From assembly GCA_964016885.1 (NCBI GenBank), contig OZ024740.1, forward strand, positions 208,630,001 to 208,694,000: a stretch of DNA of 64,000 nt. Reading direction: 5' to 3'. The translations under genes were made by a program, and so were the position numbers. Positions within the stretch are counted from its first letter, which is position 1. The number at the start of each line of letters is the position of its first letter. This stretch comes from Eledone cirrhosa (taxonomy: Eukaryota). Positions 36,550 through 50,030 of this stretch are shown piece after piece. The notes below the pieces were generated by a model that was not told where the DNA came from, did no database searches, and worked only from the letters and a program-made list of their open reading frames with translations.

Positions 36550-38922
36550 TTAACACTTTACTGCTACTTTATTTTACCAACCCCAGAAGGATGAAAGGCA
36601 AAGTTGACTCCAGCAGAATTTGAACTCAGCACTTAAAAGTAACTAAATACAGCAACGCATTTTGTCCGATGCTCTACCGATTCTGTCAATCCACCACCTT
36701 AAGACAGTAATAGTAGTAAACTATAGAGACGGTATTGCAAAGTTTACAATGTCGTCAAACACCGTCCCCATAGTTGGCACTACAACGCTATTAGCTCAGT
36801 CGTGAAAGCAGGCGAAGGTGACGTCATTCGTCCTAGTTTATTTCCGTATTACTACCACGTAAGTGGAATTTTCACGCGTTTATTTTTTTTTATTAAAGCA
36901 TATCGATGTAAGTAGAGTTACTTAAATGAAAATATAGGCTGGCCCTTAAAAGGGCCAAATTAGAAAACAAATTTAAGTTAATTAGAAAAAAAAAAAAAAA
37001 CGGAAATAAACGATGTTTTGCTTTCGACTGACAGCCAATAGAGTTGTAGTGCCATTTAAGTCATTTTCACCACCAACAGTGGAGTTACTTCTGACTGCTA
37101 ATACCATGAACTTAAATGAATTTTCACCAACAGTGGAGTTACTTCTGACAGCTAATACTATGAACTATATTTTCTATAGTCATGGTTATCACTATAGAAA
37201 ACAAGTCATTTTCACCAACAGTGGAGTTAACTTAAATGAAAATATAGGTGGGCCAAATTGTTAATGGAAATAACCATCGCTACCGCTACTACAGCAGATA
37301 CCATCAATCTCCATGAGGACTGTCTCCATGCTTTTGAATAAGGTTAGTGAAAAAAATGGGCGATATCCAATTTTAGCGGCCTAAATGCCGCTTAGTTGCT
37401 GCTTACTTCAATGTATGAGGCTATTTCAACAAATTTACATTCCCCCCTTTTTTAGCCGTTAAAACAAATATAGATTTATTTATTTATTTCATTTTTGCGA
37501 TTTATTTGCCACTGGGGCATAGATTTCGGCGATATCCAATTTTAGCTGTCTAAATGCCGCTTACTTGCTGCAGTTGCTGCTTACTTCAATGTATGAGGCT
37601 ATTTCAACAAATTTACATTCCCCTCTTTTTTAGCCGTTAAAAGAAATATAGATTTATTATTTTTTTTGCGATTTATTTGCCACTGGGGCATATTTCTTTT
37701 TTTTTTTTTTTTTTTTTTTTTTTTGGCGATTTATTAGCCTTTTGGGGTCACACACCCCCATAGAAAGTGTGCGACCTTTCTGCCAGGGAGTACAGAGAGA
37801 GGGGGGTGCTCCCTTCTCTTACCTGTACAAGCCGATATAGAGAGATGGCCCACTTACACGGGCCATTATTGCTACTTTCACCCGAAAAAGGCACTCAGTC
37901 CCACCCAATTCCATGAAAGATGGGTAAAAGTAGCAATAATGGCCCGTGTAAGTGGGCCATCTCTCTATATCGGCTTGTACAGGTAAGAGAAGGAGCACCC
38001 CCCTCTCTCTGCTCCCTGGCAGAAAGGTCGCACACTCTCTACGGGGGCGTGTGTGACCCCAAAAGGCTAATAAATCGCAAAAAAACAAAGGGGCAAATAA
38101 AGAAATCTATGCCCCCAGTGGCAAATCGCAAAAAAAAACCCAATAAATAAATCTATTTCTTTTAACGGCTAAAAAAAAAAGGGGAATGTAAATTTGTTGG
38201 AATAGCCTCATACATTGAAGTAAGCGGCATTTAGGCCGCTAAAATTGGATCCCCCCTCTCTCTGTGCTCAATGTCAGAAAGGTCGCACACTTTCTACGGG
38301 GGCGTGTGTGACCCCAAAAGGCTAATAAATCGCAAAAAAAAAACAAACGGAGGCAAATAAAGAAATCTGTCCCAGTGGCAAATAAATCGCAAAAAAAAAA
38401 AACAATAAATAAATCTTTCTTTTAACGGCTAAAAAAAAAGGAATGTAAATTTGTTGGAATAGCCTCATACATTGAAGTAAGCGGCATTTAGGCCGCTAAA
38501 ATTGGATATCGCCAAAAAATGTTTTCTAAACATTTCGTCATAAAGGGTTGGTGAAAAAAATTTGCTAACCATAAATGTGTTTTCTAATTTGGCCCTTTTC
38601 AGAGCCACCTATAAAAAAAAACAACAAAAAACGTGATATTTTCATTTAAGTAACTCCACCTACATCTATATGCTTACGTGTCATTGTAATACGGAAATAA
38701 ACGATGTTTTGCTTTCATCGGCTGCTTTCGACTGACTGCTGATAGTGTTGTAGTGCTTACTACTATTACTGTCTTAAGGCGGTGGATTGACAGAATCGAT
38801 AGAACGTCGAACAAAATGCGTTGAGGTATTTAGTTACTTTAAACTTCTGAGTTTAAATTCCGCTGGAGTCAACTTTATCTTTCATCCTTCTGGAGTTGGT
38901 AAAAGTAGCAGTAAAGTGTTGA
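36550..38922. repeat. Older large inverted repeat (arms ~36550-36970 and ~38577-38922), each arm including a SINE
   Basis: aacactttactgctactt...aagacagtaatagtagtaa and acttaaatgaaaata...gggccaaattagaaaaca are mirrored in the right arm. Confidence 0.8.
37359..38513. mobile_element. Non-autonomous Merlin derivative (foldback/MITE)
   Basis: Termini ggcgatatccaattttag / ctaaaattggatatcgcc shared with 40443-42647; 8-bp TSD aaaaaatg (37351-37358, 38514-38521); no ORF. Confidence 0.92.
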
Positions 38923-40442
38923 GGTGGCTATAATTGAATTTTCCTTTCAAAAATTGTTGGCTTTCTGTCTAGATTAAAAACCGCCATTGCTGCCATCTCC
39001 GTTCTTCTCAGTTCGTTCTTTGAGTTGATTACTTTTTCCTTTTTTCCTACAGAATCTGGCGTTAATGGTAACGTGACCCAACTGCTAAACAATGGACGGC
39101 TACATATTTGAAACTTGAAATACCAATTTCTAAAAACTTAAAAAGCTCACAACACACAGGTTTGTCCTCAATCCACCATTGCGTTCAGGTTGTTTCATCT
39201 ATCGTCTACAACTTGACCTTTTGTCTAAGAGTATGATGGATACGCTATATATTGTTACATCAATGTCCTAAGTTCATTAACAGTTACTGCACTACTGCTA
39301 TGCATCAGTCTTAGTCATAATTTTGGGAAGACGTCAATGATTCATCTTTATCAATTTCATTTTATAAGCAACAGAGATTTGATTTTAGTCCGGTACACCG
39401 AGAACAAACTAACATTGTACAAATGCCTCAGTAATTAGGCTATTTCTAATAAATAATTAGAAAATGTCACAAGTTGACAAGTCTAAAATCTACACACAAA
39501 GGGAATTTAAAATTTGACTAATAGAACTGCAGAAGTTTTCAAAAATAACCGTTGACTAAAATCAGGAAAATTACGATTTTACAGAGAATTAACGATATTC
39601 ACCACCAAGTGCGACAATCGACCGCAACGTAAGGGGTAACTAAAGACTTTGAGGCGAGCCAACACGCTCGCAGTAGTGCCACGGGTGATGGCGAGGCTAA
39701 GGCGCTGAAACAACCAGGCAACCACACGGGCATCACCTGACATAGAATTTGGTTGTTCACTCTAACATGGCGGATACGAAAATGCATTCGTGAGTTTTAT
39801 ATCGAATAATAATAATCGCGATAAATCTTCAGTAAATTTCATTGAAAATATACACGAATATCTCTGTCGAAAAAAAGTCAAATTGTAACCAAGCAAGTAT
39901 TGTGAGCAATTGTCTCTATACAACCGACATTTGCAATTACTGATAACTGGAATGGCTCTTCCAGCTCGTCTCTCACCATCCTCTGGGGAAATGCCTTGTC
40001 TATTCTATCCGCGTGGGAGCCCATTTGCTCACAATAGGAAAGAGCGAGAGAGACGGAGATAGTGACCGGGGGAGTTTGGTTCTTTTGTGTTCGAATCTGG
40101 TATATATGAGAGAATGAATCTACTTGTCTCGGATGTGGCTTGCTAGTCTGCAACCGTCATTCGTCCCTATTTTCCGTTGATCTTATTGTATTTTCAATCC
40201 TATTTTCTCCATGATGTTATCAAATAACTCTGTCAATCCTAATTTGGTCTAACATACTGATTTGTTTTTTTATTGTCCAACTAACACTAAACCCCACCCT
40301 CTTTCTTTTAACCTCCAAACAAGTAAATTTTTTTTTTTTTTTAAAACGGTTTTATTTAAAAAATATAACCGTTCGTTTCTTTTTTTTTTTTTCTTCCAGT
40401 TATAAAACCTTTTCCTTTTATTTCCATTCCATATTTAACTTT

Positions 40443-42647
40443 GGCGATATCCAATTTTAGAGCCGCTGACTTGCTGCAGTTGCCGCTGCTTACTTCAATC
40501 AATGTATGAGGCTATTCCAACAAATTTACATTCCCCCTTTTTTTAGCCGTTAAAGGAAATATAGATTTATTTATTTATTTATTTTTTTTTTTTTTTTGCG
40601 ATTTATTGGGGGTGGGGGTGCTCCCTTTCTCTTACCTGTACAAGCCGATATAGAGAGATGGCCCACGTACACGGGCCATTATTGCTACTTTCACCCATCT
40701 TTCATGGAATTGGCTGGGACTGAGTGCCTTTTTCTCCAAGAGGACCATTTGTTGACCGGCGACATATCCCCACAGTTTCCTCGTTGCAAACGCATCTAGG
40801 ACATTTCTTTTCCAAGGGGTTTCCGAACGGGCAGGGCCCCCTCGGTATAATAGTAAGTATTAGTAGTTGTAATAAAAATGCAATCAAAATGTAATAAATA
40901 CCTTCACGGATTTCTTCTCCACAGTAAGACAAATATCCATGTGTAGTTGAAGAGGATAAGTATGAAAGAACAGTCATTTAAATTTACAGATGGACAGATG
41001 TGGTATTTGGCAGGGTTTGAGATATATACAAAAATAATTATTTACAGAAAGAAAATAATAATAAAGAATTATTATTTTTTTAAAGATTTATATCTTTTTG
41101 GACTTTTGGAAGCAAATTTTAAACTGTATATCGCAACAATAAAAAAGAAAAATATATTTCTTTAAACAATATATTGTTCCGATATACAGTTTAAAATCTT
41201 TTGGAAACATCTACCGTCTCCACTCATAAAGCTGTCATTTCGCCACCGCCACATGAATTCATTCAAATATGACTGAAACATGGGTCGGCTAGTGCCGTTT
41301 ATTTTTATTTTTTATTTTTTTTTGGCATTAGACCAGAGTCCTTCAATATGTTGGGTATGCGTTCCTGATACCAGATCGACAAAATTTAGTGAATGATTCA
41401 CTGTAGTGCTGATAATTATCAGGCATATATCGTATGGGATTGTACGCACGCCATCGGTCTGTATGTATCATGGATCCACTCAGCACATGATTTTGTATAA
41501 TGGGTAGCAGGGTCTCAGCAGTGCGATCTGGGATTTCTTGAAGAATTTTTCTGGGATTATTGGTATCAATCCCACCAATGACCCAATGGCCTTCATGCCA
41601 GGTCCCACGAGTGTACTTTCGATGAAAGTATTTACTTTCATCGATTTGTACAACTATTGGGACTCCATCATCATCCATTCCACCTAGTTTTGATGGGTTT
41701 CGATCCACCCATTCACTGCACACGTCCCGTAAAAAGTTACACCAGTCAATAATGGTGTTTTCACTACACCGAATCTCGTCAGCAATAATATTTTCGAACC
41801 CAATTGACCAGAAGTAAATCATAGAAATCATTTGATGTAAATCTAAGTGGCCTTGAAAAAAAAAATGACCCAGAACGGACAGATTTTCTTAAATTGCATA
41901 CCTTACATTTCCATCGAAATTGGTCGATTCCTTCTTTGAAAGTTACAAACAAACAGGAAATATTACATGAAAGACAGTTCATGGTGTTTGAAAGTAATCG
42001 GTTCCGAGCCATAAATTCGATAATACTGAGTTTGTTTGCAGTTAAAATCACCAGTTTCTGTAAATAATAATTTTTTTATATATCTCAAACCCTGCCAAAC
42101 TCCACATCTGTCCATCTGTAAATTTAAATGACTGTTCTTTCATACTTATCCTCTTCAACTACACATGGATATTTGTCTTACTGTGGAGAAGAAATCAGTG
42201 AAGGTATTTATTACATTTTGATTGCATTTTTATTACAACCACTAATACTTACTATTATACCGAGGGGTAACCCCTTGGAAAAGAAATGTCCCAGATGTGT
42301 TTGCAATGAGGAAACTGTGGGGGATATGTGCTGGCCAACAAATAGTCCTCTTGGAGAAAAAGGCACTCAGTCCCAGCCAATTCCATGAAAGATGGGTGAA
42401 AGTAGCAATAATGGCCTGTGTACGTGGGCCATCTCTCTATATCGGCTTGTACAGGTAAGAGAAGGGAGCACCCCCCCCCTCTCTAATAAATCGCAAAAAA
42501 AAAAAAAAAAAAAATCTATATTTCCTTTAACGGCTAAAAAAAAGGGGGAATGTAAATTTGTTGGAATAGCCTCATACATTGATTGAAGTAAGCAGCAGCA
42601 ACTGCAGCAAGTCAGCGGCATTTAGACAACTAAAATTGGATATCGCC
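40443..42647 (-). mobile_element. Merlin DNA transposon with ~600-bp TIRs
   Basis: Arms 40443-41050 and 42055-42647; 8-bp TSD ttaacttt (40435-40442, 42648-42655); GG termini; internal DDE transposase. Confidence 0.94.
41162..42115 (-). pseudogene. Merlin/IS1595 (ISXO2-like) DDE transposase, frameshifted
   Basis: Zn ribbon CLSC..WKCKVC..SVRSGSFF; [61 protein letters not shown]; frameshifts mostly at A-homopolymers. Confidence 0.92.
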
Positions 42648-43199
42648 TTAACTTTAATTTTATCAGCAATGAACTTAAATGAATTTTACTAACATTTATT
42701 TTTTTACGCAGCAGACGATACTTTAACAAACCCAATTAGTTGCAACGTAAAATAACGAAATCATTTATATTTACTTAAAGTGACACACAATTTTAGGACA
42801 AGGATCTCTTGTGTAAGCTGAATGGCGACCGGTTGATCTTCATGGTAAATGTCTCCTGTGACTTAACTATGAACGAGACTCAACTATTCAATGAAGAATG
42901 TAGTACTGATTCCTCACTACACAATGGTAATTAATTTTGAATACCTGAATCTTATACATTATAGATCTCGCTCTCCATATTTTTATGCGAGTTCTATTCT
43001 ATTAATTTCAACTTAACTCTTCTTCGGTACTCTAAGTATTAGTTAATTCCAACCCAATGTCTTGTCACTCATGTTGGAGGAACCCCTGCACCACTTTGGT
43101 AGACCTCCACCACTTTGTTTGGTTTTGGTCATATCAGGGGTGTAGCCCGGGCCAAAGCTCTCGATGAATTAGGTTGGACCTGCCAATCTTGAAGACAAT

Positions 43200-44280
43200 G
43201 GGTGTCTTCTAGAAACATGCTGTTGAATATGTTATGGGTTTCAGGATTCATAGAACGTACTTATTTGGGTATTATCCCATCGGGGCCCGGGACAGAAGTG
43301 AATCCCATAGACTCGCGTACGTCCACGACTTCAGCTATGGAGAACGACCGCAAAAAAGCGTTGTCCATCAAGTCAGACGTGGAACAGCTCTCAGCTCTAC
43401 CTCTGGCACTGGGTGGGAAATCTGTTCGAATAGGTTGACTCAATGTCTACCATTGGGACATGGCACATCACCTACCTTTTATTGAGGATCAGTTAAAGGT
43501 GATATTTTTTTTTTTTTTTTTTTTTTTTCTCTGTTTCGGTCATATAAATTCTGGTAGCGAGCATAGTGCTTTTTTTTTTCACTTCTGCCAGTATTTTTAT
43601 TGAGTCGGTCCGTTTTCCCTGCTCATGGACTTCCCATGTCTGCTATGCGAGTGCAATTACTCCACCCAATCGCAAATACCTTCCGCAAACGAACTCCAAT
43701 ACTCAGCTGTATCTTCCTCATACAAGGTGTGGAGACACTCGGAAAACTCAGGAGACTATTGAGAGCGACCAGCCCCTGCTGCATTACCAAAAGAGTTCCT
43801 CCATGTGGTGCTGGAAGATTCTGGAGGAACCATTCAACTCTCCGGCTATGTGGTTGCCTGATAGTCAAAATTCTAGGATAGGTAGAGAACCGTAACTTGT
43901 GCTCCCTTTATCGATATGGGTTTTTTTTTATTTTTTTTTTTTTTTTATAAACGTTCCAAATGTTTATGCGATGACATCTTGCCTTGAGGAGGTGGTCCTC
44001 GCTTTTGAGATGCGCCACATCCTCCTTTGATCAATAACCCTTCCCAGCTCGTTTTTTCGATTTGAACAGCCTCAGTAGCAGGCTTGCATTCCACTGTATA
44101 GCGGTGATCTTGCAGAGATGGACAACCGCTGGATATCTATGCTGCAACTCGTGTGAAAAGCACAATCGTATTCTTCAAACTTACGGTTGCGATCCGAGGC
44201 GACAAGAATACTGCCGCTTTTTTAGTCATGATAACACCTTGCATCTACCCAGTAGGACCCATCCTGGTCCCACTGACTGC
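43200..44280 (-). mobile_element. Degenerate non-LTR retrotransposon fragment
   Basis: FSIAEV...SVPGPDGI resembles RT domain 0; remainder decayed. Confidence 0.45.
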
Positions 44281-45554
44281 TAACTTAATGGTCCCCAGCT
44301 GCTGTATATACATATATCTACTCATTTAAAAAAATATATAAGCATATTTAGTTTTATCCTCTATATGTCCAAGTCAACTAGGAAAGGTTTCGCCTTCCGA
44401 ACCAGCAGGCGGTATTGTGCAAAAACAAAGGACTGTACAAGGTTTACTATTAAAAGATTGGTACAGCAACCATGATTCAATTCTATATCTTGCCTCTTCC
44501 AATTCCAACTTGTTTATGGTTTTGAGGACATTATTTAGGGTGTCTGAGTTTACTTTGCTACTTATATTTGACCGTTCGCTTTGTAATTGCAACACGTGAG
44601 TGTATTACTGCTGACTCTAGCAGAGTTCCAGAAACCGCGTCTCCACAGATCGACTGTCACAGTTGTGTGATTTGGTTAAAATATTTATGATCATTGTACA
44701 ATTTTGTTTGTTGACAAGTCACAGAACTGTATTGGTGGATTGGCAGTATCAGTAGTTAGATGCCATGCTTTCCAGCGTAGTTACGTCCCTTTACGGTCTG
44801 AGTTCAAATCCTGCCGAGGTTTACTTTGCCTTTCATCCTTACGGGGTCGATAAAATAAAGTACCAGTAATGTACTGGGTAATTGCTGGCCTTGTGCCAAA
44901 GTAGAAACAATTATTACCAGGCCTCTGTCATATAGTTACGGCCCTTTATGTTCTGAGTTCAAATTTTGCCGAGGTTAACTTTGCCTTTCATCCTGACGGG
45001 GGTCGATGTAATCAATTTTCCCCTCCCCCAAATTTGTTGAACTCACGACTTATACGTTTTCTGGCACTCCTCAATCTTGTGTGTTATAAATTATATAAAT
45101 TTAGAAATGGGTTTCTACAGGACGAGAACTCTTTTCATTCAAAAGAAATCATCAGGAATGCCAACTGTCCTTGTAGAATGGTTGTATTTGTTTACTAGTG
45201 GTTGGGGAAGGTGGTTCTATATTAAACATGACATTGACACTACTAATGTATTGAGTACCTTACTTACTGTGGTTACCCTTGATTGAACCAGTCGGGCACT
45301 CAATATATTAGTAATGTAAACGTCATGCTCAACTTCATTTTCCAGTGTTCAATAAATACCAATCAAGTAATGTCCCCCCCCCCCCCCCGCGCCCCCAATT
45401 TCTCTTCCCCTGCTCCCTTCTTCTGCTAAATTACTGGCATTTTTGCTTTGCTTGTTATCAAGGGATCGATAGAATAAAGTACCAGTAATATATTGGGTAT
45501 TTGCTGGCCTTGTGCCAAAAGTAGAAACAATTATTAACAATTAAATTTGTTTCC

Positions 45555-46176
45555 AAGTGACGGCCATAAACAAGCACAGATTCCACAGCAGCTCTGAAGA
45601 AATTCCTTTTCAGTTTGGCCGGCAGGTTTGATTTACATATCTTTTCCATTGCATTCAATGCTCCCCAGGCTTTTCCCAGTCTGATGTTAACATCATGTTC
45701 TGTGGAGGCGATATAGTTGCCCAGGTATTTGAAGTCAACTTGCTTGATTATATCGCCATTTAGACTTCGCATACCAACTGTTTATGGCTCTGTCACTTGG
45801 ACGCTAACGTCGAAACTGGAGAAAAAGCTAGACGGGGCATACTCACATATACTCTGCGCTGCTTTAAACGTGTCTTGGAGGGAACACCCAACAAATAAGG
45901 ATCTCTATGGCAATATACCACCTATCAGCAGGTCAATACGTAAACAGAGACTCAGATTTGCTGGCCACTGTTGGCGCAGCAAGGAAGAAATAGCAGGTGG
46001 TGTTATGGAGTCCATCTCATGGAGCAAGAAACACTGGTCGTCCCAAGAAGACATACGTCAAGCAACTTGAGGACGATACTGGATGCACTGCGGAAGAACT
46101 GGCAAACGCTATGAGAGACAGATGGATGGAGGAAACGTGTCATAGAAAGCCAAGCAAGCTCGACCTGATGATGATG
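45555..46176 (+). mobile_element. RTE 3' fragment with 5' inversion
   Basis: 45555-45775 (-) encodes FKYLG...VESVLVYG; 45779-46165 (+) continues VYGSVTW...RLRFAGHC; (GAT)n tail; TSD aaatttgt(t/g)tcc. Confidence 0.88.
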
Positions 46177-47049
46177 AAATTTGTGTCCCTGAAGATATTC
46201 CTGAATTGTTCAGCTGCATTTATTGCAGCATTTTCTCAGTCTAAAATAGTATAGATATTGGGAGAAATGTTTTTTAAAGTTAAGTTGTGAAGGTGCGTGG
46301 CTTTGTGGTTAGGGTATTTGGCTTACAATCCTAAGTTTGAGAGTTCAATTCCTGGTGGCATGTTGTGACCTTGAGCAAGATATTTTCACCTGGCAAACAT
46401 GAGTTGTACCTGTAGTTTGAATGGCCAGCTTTATCGCATTCCATGTCCCGCCGAATTTCCCTGAGAACTGTCAAGTGTATGCATGTCTGTAGAATGCTCA
46501 GCCACTTGCACGTTAATTTCGTGAGTAGGCTGTTTTGTTGATTGGATTAACTGAAACACTCGTAAGTGACGGAATGCCAGTTATAGTTATGGATTTCATT
46601 TATACTGAAAGAATGTTTTTCTTGGACGAGAAAGATAGTTGTTGGTTAATCACTTTTGATACCGAACGACCTTGTATTTAGGATACAAAAATTATTAATT
46701 CTAAAATGTTTATTCTTATATTAAAAACCTTCCATCATAATTATATTTTAGAAATGTTTGTTGTATTGTAGATATCAAAGTATTAATGGAATACTTTCAA
46801 AATTAATTCAAACACACAGGCAGTCTATTCCATCAGAATTACAGTAATGAAAGGATTAAACTGGGCTTCATTCTGATCTTTGGATTATTGTCATCTACTT
46901 GCCATCTAAAAAGTTATTGGATTGGTCACGAGAAAGTTGTGGCCTTTGCAGACTTTCCTAAACCAATGAGATTGATGCTATTAACTTTTCTCTTGATTAT
47001 TTGCAAGTCAGCAACTACAGGCAAAACATTTGAAGTGAGGACATTCTTA

Positions 47050-47425
47050 AAAGTCCGACATTCTATGGAAGAAAGACAATGTAGTAATTAGTGTGCTGCA
47101 GTCATCAACCTCTCCTCCCCTGACTTGAAGCATTGATTCAGGGTGTTCCTCCATCTTGGCCTTCAGATGTCTTTGCATTACAGCTGAGGTTGACCAGGGG
47201 CTCTTTCCAGAGGCCAGCTCTCCATAGATGTCTTTTGGGATATGGCCATCGTTCATGTGGCGGACGTGTCTTAGCCTGTGCTGTCGGAGCAGGGTGAACA
47301 TGCTGTGGGAAGGCCAGCACAAATGAGGACCTCGGCATTGGGCATTCTGTCCTGCCAGGATATATACTCAGGACGTGGCCAAAGTTTTTCAGATGGAAGG
47401 TGTTGAGTCACCTCTCCTGTCTGGC
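47050..47425 (-). mobile_element. RTE-BovB-like 3' fragment
   Basis: SMFTLLRQHRL..HVRHMNDGHIPKDIYGEL. Confidence 0.75.
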
Positions 47426-49639
47426 AATTTAAACATTTAATTTAATTAAATTTAATATTATTGACCTCTCTTGGAGGGTAGGGCTGGATTTATAGTGGGG
47501 TGAAAGGGGCATTTACACCCACACCCTTATCAGCAGTGGATAAGTGTCCTATTGGCTGGGATGTAAAATAGATGTGCCCTGAGACCTCCAAACCTTCCCT
47601 CCTCCCCTCTAAGTTCTAAATCTAGCCCTGATGGTGGTGTGTACACTTTACTCAGTCTGGTTGAGTTTGATGTGATGAAATAACACCATTCTGAGTATTT
47701 TCACTACTTAATAATTTAGATTTTCATGTGTACCAATAGCATCCAACTTGTGTTAAAGCCAGTTCATGCTAAATATAACACCATTGATGTCTCCATAGTG
47801 ACCCTTTCCTCTGATATTATTTTCACTGTTTATTCCATTTGATAAATCTTTACTAACTGTATTTCACGTGAAAATATAGTATCAAAATGAAAGGAAATTT
47901 AATTGTGTGTGTGTGTGTGTCACTCACTCGCTCACTGTTTAAGGGTTAGTCTGCCTCAAGGTCCTGGCAGACAGAATGGAGAAGATATTGCCCCAGAGGA
48001 TAGTGAAGGCGATGCACTGTATTAGCTACTCCAATTTGCACGCTCCCATTTTCAGGTAACCAACTCTGCTCCAATAGCGAGTAGAGATGTGGTCCAAGAG
48101 CCCAAAAATGGTGGAAGTCTCCACTGCCACAAGCTTGACCACAAACTTATCAGAGGGCAGTTGATACTTTGACAGTTTACTTTCTTCAGCATAACAGTGA
48201 ATCCTGCGCTGGTAGCTAAATACACCAGGTTACTGTTCAAGGGACTGTAACATTGGTCACACCCAGAAAGGTGTGCAGGATCTTCTTCCTCTAATACATT
48301 TTGAGGATAATCAACAATGTTACCATGAGTGATAGCGAGGCTAAGACACTGGAACAACCGAACACCCTCATGGGCTTCTTCTTTGCCCACTTAATCCTGA
48401 GTCATGAGGGCAGTCCTCAAACACTCCTTCCAGTGGGTCCTGTCAGAAGCAACCATCTCCAACTGATCTGGCTGGATCCCCAAGTGAGACCAGCCAAGCT
48501 CATGAATGTTATTCAGCCATCTTGCTCAGGGTCTTGTGTCAGCTGCCCAGTCATTGTTGAATATGGAAATTACGTTCATTTCTTTTTACTTTATCACTTC
48601 AAGCACTTAACATCTAGATAAAGATGTCAACCAAATACTTTCCTGTATACCATGATGAAATTTGGGGTGAGATTTTGGGTTACAGAGAGGAGTATACTAT
48701 GGTGAGATTATGGGTCTCTGAGAGAAAGTTCTTTTTCATTTTGACTGGATCATCCCTGAAATATTAATATTCTTGTCTCACCACAGTTTATAAATTTACA
48801 GTTCACTGAATATTTTTTTTACCATTTAACATTAGTTTTTTTTTTTTTTTTTTTTTTTTTTTGGAAGGTTTTTATTAATTTTCTCGTTTGTTTAAAATTA
48901 ACCAATATTTTATAAAAGCTTCCTTTTGTCTATTTTGTAAATAGAATCCAAGTTATTTCTTGACTTGTGAACACATGGTTTGTAACAGGTTAAACTAATG
49001 CCATCCTATCCTCAGTCATCCAGTGGAATGCTCCACTGATTTCACATGTCACTTCCATTTGCCACAGTTAATCTGGACAGTTTTGAGTTTTTAGAAAAAA
49101 TGGTTATATGTATATATTTTTAATGTTTTAAAAACAAGGTGAAAGGCTGATTTAATTTAGGAGAAATGTATTGTATCAGGTAAATGTTTTTAGTTTATAT
49201 ATAAAGGTTTACTTGATGAAAGTCAAAAGTAGAACAATACATATTTTACCACAAGCTGTGATGTAGTTGGCTTATTGGATTGAGACCAAAGTGACGAGAG
49301 AGGTGCTCTCAACATGTTCACTGGAGTAGGCTGGTAATCTGCATCCCACGTGTCGTGAAGGCTGCTGCGAGTGGCAAGGCAGAGCTGTATCTTGACTCCA
49401 TGATAGCTGGCCGTGTGAAAGAGAAAGAGCGCTCTGACGGTCTCAATATATAGTCCCCATGGGGACGCAACTCATGAGTTCCGGATCTCACCACTAGGGG
49501 TCACTACAAGTTCCTTCTGTCTTCTCGGAGAGTCCATGTTGGAAAGTTCTTCCATCAGTAAGATGCCAGAGAACTAACTTGCTTGATGCATCGTGTCTAA
49601 TGTAGTGACCTCTGATTTATATCCTTCCTCTACAGGTTT

Positions 49640-50030
49640 TTCCCCTCAGTAAGTTTCCAGAAAACTAACATGTGTGCCACCTCATCATTGTATGTAATGC
49701 AGTGGCCTGTGAGTCACATCCTTCTTCGAACTTTTAATGAAACTTCTGGAAATTCAAAGTTCTGCATTTGTTTCATGGCGCTCTGACACATTGAATACCA
49801 TCCTAAGCTTTCTGGTGTAGCATCTGTCATGGTTTCTGTTCCATAAAGCAAAACAGATTCTACTGTAGCCATGAACAATCTAACCTTCAGTCTTCTTGGT
49901 AGCTTGGAACTTCATATCTTTTTTTAATTTATGACATGCTGCCCATGCTAGCACTTTTCTTTACTGAGTTTTTTTTCCGAACTTTGGGTCCAGGATCCTA
50001 GATATTTAAAATTATCGACTTTTAACTTTG
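49640..50030 (-). mobile_element. RTE 3' fragment (family related to 45555-46176)
   Basis: FKYLG, ATVESVLLYGTET and GHC remnants. Confidence 0.7.

Noticed and set aside
41162-42115. Bacterial IS1595 contamination
   Set aside because: Long TIRs, an intron-like segment, a host-embedded MITE derivative and eukaryotic flanks fit Merlin
40702-42388. Two oppositely oriented 86-91-aa genes (MTVLSYLSS...)
   Set aside because: Incidental ORFs in the Merlin TIRs with no recognisable domain
49325-49375. HDV-like ribozyme of an RTE 5'UTR
   Set aside because: Only loose resemblance (cccacgtgtcgtgaaggc); I could not build the nested double pseudoknot by eye
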